Notes under the pieces: generated by a model
Seen by the model: the letters and a program-made list of their open reading frames with translations, nothing else
The model's database searches: none
What the model was told of the DNA's origin: nothing
Translations under genes and position numbers: made by a program
DNA from: an uncultured Candidatus Saccharibacteria bacterium
GTDB lineage: Bacteria; Patescibacteriota; Dojkabacteria; J137
Reading direction: 5' to 3'
NCBI GenBank assembly: GCA_964650085.1
Contig: CAZYSE010000002.1
Location: 4,976 to 44,669 of the forward strand
DNA: 39,694 bases
Shown here: positions 16,855-25,563 of the stretch, piece after piece
Layout of the letters: each line of letters begins with the position of its first letter
Position numbering within the stretch: the stretch's first letter is position 1

Positions 16855-18102
16855 ATGTATCACATTTACGATTGCATTGTAGTTGGGGGCGGAATTTCCG
16901 GTCTTGTTTGCGCGCATGAATTAAAAAAGAAAGGAAAAGATGTTTTAGTAATCGAATCCGGAAGTGTTGGCGGAAGAATGGAAAGTATCGAAATGCATGG
17001 TCATAAGATAGATTTAGCAGCAGGATTTATTCTGGATTCTTATAAAGAACTGCTAAAGGTAGCAAAAGAAGTTGGATTAAAGCCTGTTCAAAGTAAAATT
17101 GAGATGAATATTGGTATTGTAGAGAAACATCGAAAAATCAAAGATGCATCACCAATTCATACCAGCCTAACAACCAAAATTGAGCTTGTAAAAACAGCAC
17201 TTTTGAATCTACATCAACTCGCAACACACGATATAACTGAATATTCAACACTCGCAAAGCAAGATGAAAACTTGGCTTCTTGGTTAAACGAACAAATCAA
17301 TCACGAATTCCTTGATGAAATAATTAATCCACTTAGTAACGATTTGTTTTTCTATGGTGCAGAACATTTCTCAAAAAACCTTTTCTTTGGATTGATGCGT
17401 TACGTAATCGGTAGCAATCAAATGAATTTTCCTAATGGAATTGGCGAACTAAGTAAAAAGTTAGCTGAAAATATTCCAACTATCGAAAATACTAGAATTG
17501 GAAGTATCGATGAAAGGGCTGATCATGTAGAACTTACTTATGGATCCTTCCCTTTCAGAAAGAAAATCAAGGGCAGAAAAGTAATAGTTGCAGTGCAAGG
17601 AAACAAAGTTTTGAATTTGCTTTCTGTTCCTACTGAATCGCAGAAAAACTTTTTCAAGCAAATTCGGTATTCTTCTACTATCAAGCTTTTTGGGATAACT
17701 AAATCAGAAGAGTTCAAATCTCACAATCGAATTTACTTCAACGATCATAAATCTCTCGCATCGGTAAACGTAATTAAGCAAGAAGAGAACGAAACTTTAA
17801 TTTCAATTGGGTTAAAGCACGAATTTTCTAAACATATTCTTGACGAAAAATGGAGTGATAATCGAATTATCCAAGAAGTAAAAAAGCTAGATCCTAGTCT
17901 AGCAACTGTAAAGTTTATAAAAGTTCAGAGATGGGCTTCTGCAGTTCCAATGTTTACACCGAATCATGTACAAAACATTGATTCCTACCAAAACATGATC
18001 AACACTAGCGGGATTGCATTCTGCGGAGATTATTTAGTTGCACCTTTTGTTGAAGGAGCTGTAATTTCTGGGCTTCGCGCAGCAGCGAAAGTGTTGGGTT
18101 AA
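16855..18102 (+). CDS. FAD-dependent oxidoreductase (amine oxidase / protoporphyrinogen oxidase-like)
   Basis: N-terminal dinucleotide-binding motif VVGGGISGL...E. The C-terminal FCGDY...GAVISG pattern is typical of the flavin amine oxidase fold. Confidence 0.7.
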   Translation: MYHIYDCIVVGGGISGLVCAHELKKKGKDVLVIESGSVGGRMESIEMHGHKIDLAAGFILDSYKELLKVAKEVGLKPVQSKIEMNIGIVEKHRKIKDASPIHTSLTTKIELVKTALLNLHQLATHDITEYSTLAKQDENLASWLNEQINHEFLDEIINPLSNDLFFYGAEHFSKNLFFGLMRYVIGSNQMNFPNGIGELSKKLAENIPTIENTRIGSIDERADHVELTYGSFPFRKKIKGRKVIVAVQGNKVLNLLSVPTESQKNFFKQIRYSSTIKLFGITKSEEFKSHNRIYFNDHKSLASVNVIKQEENETLISIGLKHEFSKHILDEKWSDNRIIQEVKKLDPSLATVKFIKVQRWASAVPMFTPNHVQNIDSYQNMINTSGIAFCGDYLVAPFVEGAVISGLRAAAKVLG

Positions 18103-18159
18103 TTTTGGCGACTTCAATTTTTCTATAATAACTTTCCATTCTACAGAAAATATAAGATA

Positions 18160-19095
18160 ATGGCTCGTATGAAAAAACTTGCAGATTTAATCCGAGGCTT
18201 TGTAATGGGAGTAGCCGAAATTGTTCCTGGTGTAAGCGGATCTACCCTTGCATTAGCTATGGGAATTTACGATGATTTTATTGGACTACTTTACTCAGTA
18301 GCTGAATTTGCAAAGACACTTGTAAAGTTTGTAATTAGGAAAAGCAGTTTACAGGTTTTAAGAAAATCTTTTTATGACATTAAGTTCGCATTTGGTATCC
18401 CTTTGGTTATTGGAATGGGAATTGCAATTGCTCTACTAGCTGGTCTTCTTTCCCATCTACTCGAAACTAATAAGCCAGAAGTATATGCATTCTTTTTTGG
18501 TGATATGATTGTGTTTCGGATGTGTATTTATATATATCTTCCTTACAAAGAACTAACAAAGTTTGGTTTCAGAGAGTTTTTGATAATTGTAGTTACGTTT
18601 ACACTATCATTCATCATTTTCAGTCTAAACTCTGTTGCATTTACCGAGCTTCCCTCACCTATTTATTTCTTGGGAGCTGGAATGCTAGCAATCTCTGCAA
18701 TGGTTTTACCTGGAGTTAGTGGTTCATTCATAATGGTATTGCTTGGGGTTTACGACTTTGTGCTTGGGTTTATCAGAAAAGTAATGACATTCGAAATCTC
18801 TCAAGCCGAATTAATAGCTCTGGTCTTTTTCACACTAGGCGTTGTATTTGGGTTTCTTTTGTTTGTAAGGTTACTCAAGTACACTTTAAATCACTACTCA
18901 AATATTGTATTCGCTTTTCTTGTAGGAATAATGATAGCTTCACTAAAAGTGCTCTGGCCTTTCGAGAACACAAATTCTTCACCTTTAGCTCTAATACTTT
19001 TGATTGCAATCGGAGGTTCGGTAACATTCTTGATTACTTGGGTTTCTAATCAGAGTAACAAGGATAAACTTGAACTAAAGCCTCACGAAGATTAA
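18160..19095 (+). CDS. DUF368 family polytopic membrane protein (family linked to undecaprenyl-phosphate translocation)
   Basis: The PGVSGS motif occurs twice (VPGVSGSTLAL and LPGVSGSFIM). Multiple TM helices. Confidence 0.75.
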   Translation: MARMKKLADLIRGFVMGVAEIVPGVSGSTLALAMGIYDDFIGLLYSVAEFAKTLVKFVIRKSSLQVLRKSFYDIKFAFGIPLVIGMGIAIALLAGLLSHLLETNKPEVYAFFFGDMIVFRMCIYIYLPYKELTKFGFREFLIIVVTFTLSFIIFSLNSVAFTELPSPIYFLGAGMLAISAMVLPGVSGSFIMVLLGVYDFVLGFIRKVMTFEISQAELIALVFFTLGVVFGFLLFVRLLKYTLNHYSNIVFAFLVGIMIASLKVLWPFENTNSSPLALILLIAIGGSVTFLITWVSNQSNKDKLELKPHED

Positions 19096-19174
19096 ACCGA
19101 GTTTCTTCTTGAATCCTCGTATTTTCCTTTCTATATGTGCCAACTAATAGGCTTTTACTGTATAATCCGACAGT

Positions 19175-21088
19175 ATGAATCACATTAGAAACTTTTGCAT
19201 AATTGCACACATCGACCACGGCAAGTCTACTCTTGCAGACAGACTTATTGAACACACCGGTGCTGTTGTTCGTAGAGAAATGAAGGATAGGATGATGGAC
19301 ACTCTCGAGTTAGAACAGGAACGAGGTATTACTATAAAACTTCAAACCGCTAGGCTTGTATATCCGTATAAAGGCGATAAGGCAGAAAAGGGCGAATATA
19401 TCTTGAACATGATCGATACTCCTGGACATGTTGACTTTAGTTACGAAGTTTCGAGGTCTGTTGCTGCTTGCGAAGGTTGCCTCTTACTTGTTGATGCTAC
19501 CCAAGGAATTCAAGCTCAAACTCTGACTACAGTTTACAAAGCTATGGAATACAACCTCCAAATTATTCCTGTATTGAACAAGGTAGACATGGATATTGCC
19601 GAAGTTGATAGAGTAAAAAAAGAAATGATCGATACTTTTGGTTTTAAAGATGAAGATATTATTCTTGCTTCTGGTAAATCAGGGATTGGAGTTCCCGAAA
19701 TTCTAGATACTATTGTCGAAAAAGTTCCTGCTCCAGACAGAGATATGAGCATAATTTTTACGCCCGATTCTTCGTTTCCTACCCAACCAGCTAAAGCTGT
19801 AGTTTTCGACGCTTTTTATCACGATTACAAAGGTGTAACGGCACTTGTTAAAGTATTATCTGGTGAATTTAAGTACGGGGACAAAATGTACTTGCTCGGA
19901 ACCGATAATATTGTTGAACCAATAGAAGTTGGGTATTTAACTCCGAAAATGTTGAATTCAAAAGTGATTCACGAAGGTGAAGTAGGTTACATTGCAACAG
20001 GTTTTAAAGATATTCACAAAGTACACTCTGGAGATACAATTACCAAGTTTTTGGATAACGATGCTCATCTTAAAATTACACCTTTGAGTGGTTACAAGTC
20101 CCCTAAGCCAATGGTGTTTGCGAGTTTATATCCTGTAGAAGCAAATGACTATGAACAATTCAAAGAAGCATTAGAAAAATTATCTTTGAACGATGCAGCT
20201 CTTACCTATGAGAAAGAATACTCAACAGCGCTTGGAACAGGTTTTGTTTGCGGGTTCTTGGGATTGTTACACTTAGAAATTACTCAAGATAGATTGGAAC
20301 GAGAATATGGAATCGATTTAATTGGAACTACGCCGACTGTAGAATTCCAAATCAAGTTATCCACAAATGATTACTCGAAGGTTAGTAATATCAATGTATC
20401 AAATATAAACGCAGAAACAAATATCGCAACAATTCGAACAGCAGCAGAATTTCCTGATGGAAGTTTGTTTACTGAAGTTTACGAACCGTGGGTTACGTTA
20501 GAAATATTGACTCCAGAAGAGTACATTGGGCCAATCATGCAGTTGTGTCAAGAAAAACGAGGTGTGTACAAGTCTATGAGCTTTCTAACTAAAACAGCTT
20601 CGGAAATGAAACACGCAGTTTTAAATTATGAAATGCCAACAGTTGAAATCATTGTTAACTTTTTTGATAAGTTGAAGTCAATTTCTCATGGATATGCCTC
20701 TATGGATTACGCATTTTTAGAGAATCGAAAAGGCGATATTGTTAAGGTGGGTATGCTTGTAAATGAAGAACCTGTTGAAGCCTTATCTTTCTTAACGCAT
20801 CGAACTAATGCAGCGAGACGAGGAAAAGATGTAGTTGAAAAATTGAAAGATATTATTCCAAAACAAAACTTCAAAGTGCCTATACAAGCTGCGATTGGTG
20901 GACAAATTATTGCTCGAGAGACTATTCAAGCGTATAGAAAAGATGTTCTTTCGAAACTGTATGGTGGAGACGTTACTAGAAAATTGAAGCTCTTGGAGAA
21001 ACAGAAAAAAGGAAAGAAAAAGATGAAGATGTTTGGAAGTGTTGAGATTCCAAAAGAAGCTTTCTTAGAGGCGTTGAAGGTAGATTAA
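19175..21088 (+). CDS. lepA: Elongation factor 4
   Basis: G-domain motifs AHIDHGKST, DTPGHVDF and NKVD, plus the LepA-specific C-terminal region. A TATAAT box at 19161-19166 ends 8 nt before the ATG. Confidence 0.97.
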   Translation: MNHIRNFCIIAHIDHGKSTLADRLIEHTGAVVRREMKDRMMDTLELEQERGITIKLQTARLVYPYKGDKAEKGEYILNMIDTPGHVDFSYEVSRSVAACEGCLLLVDATQGIQAQTLTTVYKAMEYNLQIIPVLNKVDMDIAEVDRVKKEMIDTFGFKDEDIILASGKSGIGVPEILDTIVEKVPAPDRDMSIIFTPDSSFPTQPAKAVVFDAFYHDYKGVTALVKVLSGEFKYGDKMYLLGTDNIVEPIEVGYLTPKMLNSKVIHEGEVGYIATGFKDIHKVHSGDTITKFLDNDAHLKITPLSGYKSPKPMVFASLYPVEANDYEQFKEALEKLSLNDAALTYEKEYSTALGTGFVCGFLGLLHLEITQDRLEREYGIDLIGTTPTVEFQIKLSTNDYSKVSNINVSNINAETNIATIRTAAEFPDGSLFTEVYEPWVTLEILTPEEYIGPIMQLCQEKRGVYKSMSFLTKTASEMKHAVLNYEMPTVEIIVNFFDKLKSISHGYASMDYAFLENRKGDIVKVGMLVNEEPVEALSFLTHRTNAARRGKDVVEKLKDIIPKQNFKVPIQAAIGGQIIARETIQAYRKDVLSKLYGGDVTRKLKLLEKQKKGKKKMKMFGSVEIPKEAFLEALKVD

Positions 21089-21090
21089 AA

Positions 21091-21168
21091 GAACTCCCCT
21101 ACTGAACAAGTATGTTCAGGTTTCCCCTCTTTTGAAGAGGGGATCCCGATTCATCGGGTGGGGAGTTC
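21091..21168. other. 78-nt four-way-junction (cloverleaf-like) structured element, not a canonical tRNA
   Basis: A 9-bp closing helix GAACTCCCC/GGGGAGTTC encloses three perfect hairpins: 21102-21119 (7 bp), 21123-21143 (9 bp) and 21145-21158 (5 bp). Confidence 0.6.
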
Positions 21169-21198
21169 GTGTATACTATCGAATCTTAAATCTACTAT

Positions 21199-22218
21199 AT
21201 GAATTATAAAGAAAACAAAAATGACAGCGAACAAATAGAATGGTTGGATTTGCAGATTCCTCTAGAACCACTTGGTATTAAGCCCGTTGTGGAAAAGATT
21301 AGAAAACTAAATGACTTTTTTGCGAAGTTCTATGAGTTCCGAGATGATCTTTTAGTTAATACCAACCAGGTATACTACAGAGTTAACGAACAAATTCGGC
21401 AGGATTATACGGAGGCTCGTTATCAGTTGCTCTCTAGAAGTGATTGGGATCAACTATTAGCCGAAAAGCGATACGGAAAGATTACTGAAGTAATCCGGGG
21501 TGCAAACGACAAAATAAACTCAATTATTCACACTATTCAAGAAGCTGCCCGACAAGAGAGCTTTATATTTTCTTACATACTAGGTAGTAATAAAGATGTA
21601 GATAATTTAAAGTCGACACTAACTAATCTAAATAAACAGGCCTTGCATAATTTAGAGGATATCGAAAAACTTAAAACTAATGCGCTTGCGCTTGAGTCTA
21701 ATTATATAAGCGAAAGTCAACAAACATTTCTAAAATCATACGAGAATCAGTTTAACGACTTTGCGAACGGACATAGAAAGCAAGCATTTGTTTGGTTAGT
21801 CGTTTTGATTGCGGCATTAATTATTTCTCCTGTAGTAATTGCCTTTCTAACGCAACATGTCGATTGGACACTCTGGTCTCAAAAAGTTAATGAAGATCTA
21901 CGACAGGTTTTGAGAGTACCTATATTTGTCGTTTGTACAAGTTTTTATGCATGGTTTATATTCTTTTTAAGCAAAAACTATTCAGTCAACAGAAATCAGC
22001 AAATAATATACAGACAGAAACATACAATGGTCATCACGTATATCCCCTTCATACAGTCAATCCAATCTGTAGACGTTGAAAGAGGGTTGCTTTCCGTAGA
22101 AATAGGTAAAGTGATATTTAATGTAGTGCCATCAGGACTTGTTAAGCAAACAGGCGAAGCTGACGACACAACACCCTCTGGAGTTGTGGAACTTGCAAGA
22201 CTTATTAATGGTAAATAA
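21199..22218 (+). CDS. Hypothetical protein with an N-terminal coiled-coil/helical region and C-terminal TM helices
   Basis: Heptad-like helical N-terminal ~195 aa. Two clear hydrophobic helices follow (VWLVVLIAALIISPVVIAFL and IFVVCTSFYAWFIFFL). Confidence 0.55.
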   Translation: MNYKENKNDSEQIEWLDLQIPLEPLGIKPVVEKIRKLNDFFAKFYEFRDDLLVNTNQVYYRVNEQIRQDYTEARYQLLSRSDWDQLLAEKRYGKITEVIRGANDKINSIIHTIQEAARQESFIFSYILGSNKDVDNLKSTLTNLNKQALHNLEDIEKLKTNALALESNYISESQQTFLKSYENQFNDFANGHRKQAFVWLVVLIAALIISPVVIAFLTQHVDWTLWSQKVNEDLRQVLRVPIFVVCTSFYAWFIFFLSKNYSVNRNQQIIYRQKHTMVITYIPFIQSIQSVDVERGLLSVEIGKVIFNVVPSGLVKQTGEADDTTPSGVVELARLINGK

Positions 22219-22247
22219 AAAGGCAGATGCTTATTAGCGAACAAAAA

Positions 22248-22631
22248 CTAAGCTTTTAGTCTTATCATGCTATTAACTAAGTAGTCTAACTCACTTTCTG
22301 TGAAAAAATGTAATACCTTACCAGTTAATTGTTCCCAGATTGCACCTATTAAAATTATAGGTAATAAGCCATAACTAAGTACAGTCAATAACGTCGTAAC
22401 CAGTGCTTCGAAAAAGCTAACGTTTAAGTTTGCATTATCAAAAAAGCTCATACTTAAAAGAAAAGCTATCATCACTGTCACTACACCTAGGATAAATAGT
22501 TTTCCTAGGAAACCTTTGAGGGTGAAAGCTTTTGTTGTGATGTAGAGTTCCTGTGTATCTGGCAGTTGTTCACATTGTCCATATGCATACTTCACCGCTT
22601 CAATATACTCATAATTAGTGTGTTTACTCAC
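22248..22631 (-). CDS. Small two-TM membrane protein
   Basis: Two long hydrophobic segments. Convergent with the 339-aa gene. Confidence 0.45.
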   Translation of the reverse strand: MSKHTNYEYIEAVKYAYGQCEQLPDTQELYITTKAFTLKGFLGKLFILGVVTVMIAFLLSMSFFDNANLNVSFFEALVTTLLTVLSYGLLPIILIGAIWEQLTGKVLHFFTESELDYLVNSMIRLKA

Positions 22632-22713
22632 AAGTTTCTTTTCTAAATATAAGGATTCTACAATAATTTAATATGCGTCGCTAGTATATAATATCTTTCC
22701 TTAAACTCTCATT

Positions 22714-22767
22714 ATGAAAATCATCGTATTCGCGGGAGGTATAGGGAAGCGTTCTTGGAGGCGTTGA
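22714..22767 (+). pseudogene. Truncated 5' end of a sugar-phosphate nucleotidyltransferase gene
   Basis: Encodes MKIIVFAGGIGKR, the canonical G-x-G-x-R N-terminus of NTP-transferases, and then runs out of frame into the lepA relic and stops after 17 codons. A TATATAAT box lies at 22685-22692. Confidence 0.55.
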
Positions 22768-22778
22768 AGGTGGATTAG
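22746..22778 (+). pseudogene. Relic copy of the last 10 codons plus stop of lepA
   Basis: 29/33 nt are identical to 21056-21088. It encodes the identical peptide EAFLEALKVD*. The differences are three synonymous third positions and TAA versus TAG. Confidence 0.8.
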
Positions 22779-23845
22779 ACTCCCTTTTCTAATCTTTGGA
22801 GAATCTCTTTTACATCTCCAGATCTATCTTTTCTACACACAAATAATGCTTCGTCTGTATCCACGATAACTAAATTATCAACTCCAAGGGTCGCAATGAG
22901 CTTACCCTTTCTGCCTTTAATTAGTGAATTGGTTGTGTCGATATCTAAGATATCACCATCCTTGTAATTTAAACTTTTTCCTTGCGAAAAATATTCATAC
23001 ACAGAATCCCATGTACCCACATCTGTCCATCTAAAAGGTAGCATAAATACGGCACCAGATTCCTCAAAAATATGACTGGTCACCTCTTCAATATTTCCAG
23101 GATTAGGAATTTCTGAATACAGTTTTTCTGTTAACTCCTCTTCGTTATTCTTTCCGAATGTATCTCTAATTTCAATCATCTTTTCGTACCAATCGTTATG
23201 AAATTCTTTTGTAGCTTCCAGTAGTAAATCAGAATACCAGCTTAAATGATTACAGTGTATTACCACATGATAGTTATCCACCATTGTTTTAGTTTCCTCA
23301 AATGTAGGCAATCTACCAAGAAATTTTTCGACTTCAAATATCTCAAGATTACCTTCAGAATCAATCTGCTTTGATAACTGAAAATAATCTACGCCCATTA
23401 CAGGGTAAAGCGGGTTACGTACCCCGGTAGTTATTTTTTTATGTGTCGATACAAATTTGTCTACCTCTCTAATCATTTCAAGAAATTTGTGGTTTGGTTC
23501 TCTCAAGCAATCTGATTGGACTACAAAAAATGGTTCGCCAGGATACATATAGTCTGTTTTCATTGCTGAATAAAGAGTTCCTGGGCCTTGATTCTTCTTC
23601 GCATCTGGTTCGGCAATAATATTTTTTCTCAAAATTTCTGGGGTTTGAGTTAGAACAAAGTCAACATACTTTTTCTTTGTGGAAATTATTATATCTTCAA
23701 GATTAAAACCTTCTAGTAATCCGTATACTGTAGTTTGAAATAGAGTTTGCTCACCTATTACTGCTTGAAACTGCTTAGGCTTATCTTCTGTGCTGTATGG
23801 CCACATTTTTGTGCCTTGTCCTCCTGCTAGTACAATTATTTTCAT
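22775..23845 (-). CDS. Sugar-1-phosphate nucleotidyltransferase (mannose-1-phosphate guanylyltransferase-like)
   Basis: N-terminal MKIIVLAGGQGTKMWP motif. 356 aa. Confidence 0.7.
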   Translation of the reverse strand: MKIIVLAGGQGTKMWPYSTEDKPKQFQAVIGEQTLFQTTVYGLLEGFNLEDIIISTKKKYVDFVLTQTPEILRKNIIAEPDAKKNQGPGTLYSAMKTDYMYPGEPFFVVQSDCLREPNHKFLEMIREVDKFVSTHKKITTGVRNPLYPVMGVDYFQLSKQIDSEGNLEIFEVEKFLGRLPTFEETKTMVDNYHVVIHCNHLSWYSDLLLEATKEFHNDWYEKMIEIRDTFGKNNEEELTEKLYSEIPNPGNIEEVTSHIFEESGAVFMLPFRWTDVGTWDSVYEYFSQGKSLNYKDGDILDIDTTNSLIKGRKGKLIATLGVDNLVIVDTDEALFVCRKDRSGDVKEILQRLEKGV

Positions 23846-23851
23846 AGTTTT

Positions 23852-24313
23852 TTAATTAAACTCTAATGTAAACTTATAACCCAAATTTTCTCCAACCAAT
23901 TCTTTGTTAACAAACTTTAACTGTTTTGGAGTAATTTTAAATACCCCAATCTTGTCTCCGTTTGCAGTCTCTTCTGCGTTGTACTTATCGGGAGTATCGG
24001 TCCACTCATTTATAAACCACTGTACTTTATCAACATCCGTAACTCTTTCAATAGTTCCCCATGCTTGAACGGCTTCTTTATCCCCGTGTTGATCTTGTGG
24101 AGAGTCGGCAACTGTAAAAGCGACTTTATTATTTTTCAAACTTTGCTGAACATGAATTGTGGATAATGCAGAGTAAAAATATACATTAAAATCTTTATCG
24201 ATTACATACCATACTGTACATATCCAAGGATGACTATCGTCTGATGTACCAAGAACCACTTGCTTTCTAGATTTTAAATAGTTGTGTATGTACTCTCGTA
24301 GCTCCATAAACAA
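23852..24313 (-). CDS. Pyridoxamine 5'-phosphate oxidase-like FMN-binding split-barrel protein
   Basis: The size and pattern (VVLGTSDDSHPWICTVWYV...VYFYS...) are typical of PNPOx-like family members. Confidence 0.5.
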   Translation of the reverse strand: MFMELREYIHNYLKSRKQVVLGTSDDSHPWICTVWYVIDKDFNVYFYSALSTIHVQQSLKNNKVAFTVADSPQDQHGDKEAVQAWGTIERVTDVDKVQWFINEWTDTPDKYNAEETANGDKIGVFKITPKQLKFVNKELVGENLGYKFTLEFN

Positions 24314-24859
24314 TTATATCAAAGTCGACATTAATGAATTAAATATTTCATCCCCCTCAGATAGTTCCGCAAATCTTTCTGGATGAAATTGAAATCCTAT
24401 TTGATTCTTAGACTTATGCTTTACAACTTCAATGCATTCTTCAGATTCTGCAAGGATTTCTAATTCCTGTGGAACTTCCTTAACTGCCCACTTGTGAGTT
24501 TCTACTGCAGTAAAAGTACGTCCGTTTGTTAAAGTAATTGTTGTAATATTGTTTTCTGGGCGTAATAATCGTGTAACCTCAGCTCCGTATGATTTAGCAA
24601 TCAACTGGAATCCAAAACAGATACCCACAATGGTTTTATCGGTTGTTCTTATGAATTCGTAGATATGCTCAAACTCTTTTTCATTACTGTTAACGTTGTA
24701 TTCGCTGCTACCCGAGAAAACTACTATGTCAGCAGTCACGTTTTCGGGATAAAAGTACTCTACTCGATCTATTGTCACAGTTCCCCACCTTGACAATAGC
24801 TTTTCCAGTTCTGAAATGTACTTCGTTCCGTTGTCTACAAGTAAAATTGATTTGTTCAT
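24314..24859 (-). CDS. Class I glutamine amidotransferase
   Basis: Nucleophile elbow GICFGFQL and the FQFHPE His/Glu motif. Confidence 0.75.
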   Translation of the reverse strand: MNKSILLVDNGTKYISELEKLLSRWGTVTIDRVEYFYPENVTADIVVFSGSSEYNVNSNEKEFEHIYEFIRTTDKTIVGICFGFQLIAKSYGAEVTRLLRPENNITTITLTNGRTFTAVETHKWAVKEVPQELEILAESEECIEVVKHKSKNQIGFQFHPERFAELSEGDEIFNSLMSTLI

Positions 24860-25563
24860 TAATATTTCTCTCCGAAAACGTTCATATATCCTTTAATTAA
24901 CAACATTGTTCTCACATCTTCAACCATTTCTGGATTGCCGCAAATGTAAAATTCATCTGTTTTACTATAGTTCACCAAATTTTGTTCAAGGTATTTTGTC
25001 ACTCGTCCATTGAAGAATAATGCATCTGGGAACTTTTCAGTATTTGGATTCTCCTGCTTGGTAATGCATTGAATGTACTTAAAATTTAGGTTTATGTATT
25101 GTGCAAAAAAATCATAACTTATTTCGTTCTCAAAAAAACGACAACCAAAAAGGAAATCAATTTGAATATTCTGAATTTCGCTTTTGTTTTTTAGCTGGTC
25201 CACCATTGGATAAAATGGAGCAACACCAGATCCTGTGGAGATAAAAACCTTCTTGTTCTCTGTTGGCTTTAGTGTAAATCTTCCATATGGTCCGACTATC
25301 AAGTTTTCTGCGCCTACTTGGACTTCCTCAAAATATTTCGAAGCGATTCCTCCTGGAATTGTGTCTATTAGAAACCAGATACCGCCTTCTTCAACTTTAA
25401 ATATTGAGTAAGCTCTTCGATGCGTTGGGGTTGTTTGAATTCCTACGTACTGTCCTGGCTGAAAAGTGAAGTTTGGGTCTATTGAATACTTAAGTAGATA
25501 AGTAGTTTCCGCGATTTGTGTTTTTTCTAAAAGTTTTTCTGTTTTGTTATAAAAGTTCAGCAT
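24859..25563 (-). CDS. FNR-like FAD/NAD(P)-binding oxidoreductase
   Basis: RAYSI (RxYS), PGGIAS, GPYG, STGSGVAP and ICGNPEM motifs occur in the canonical order. Confidence 0.75.
   Translation of the reverse strand: MLNFYNKTEKLLEKTQIAETTYLLKYSIDPNFTFQPGQYVGIQTTPTHRRAYSIFKVEEGGIWFLIDTIPGGIASKYFEEVQVGAENLIVGPYGRFTLKPTENKKVFISTGSGVAPFYPMVDQLKNKSEIQNIQIDFLFGCRFFENEISYDFFAQYINLNFKYIQCITKQENPNTEKFPDALFFNGRVTKYLEQNLVNYSKTDEFYICGNPEMVEDVRTMLLIKGYMNVFGEKY

Noticed and set aside
21091-21168. Possible tRNA-Gln(UUG) gene. The element is cloverleaf-shaped, 78 nt long, and has a 7-nt loop UUUUGAA with U33 and A37.
   Set aside because: The first arm is a 7-bp stem with a 4-nt loop and has no D-loop GG. The third arm has a 4-nt loop and no TPsiC (GTTCRA) motif. 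Extra unpaired nucleotides separate the arms from the closing helix. It does not fit canonical tRNA geometry.
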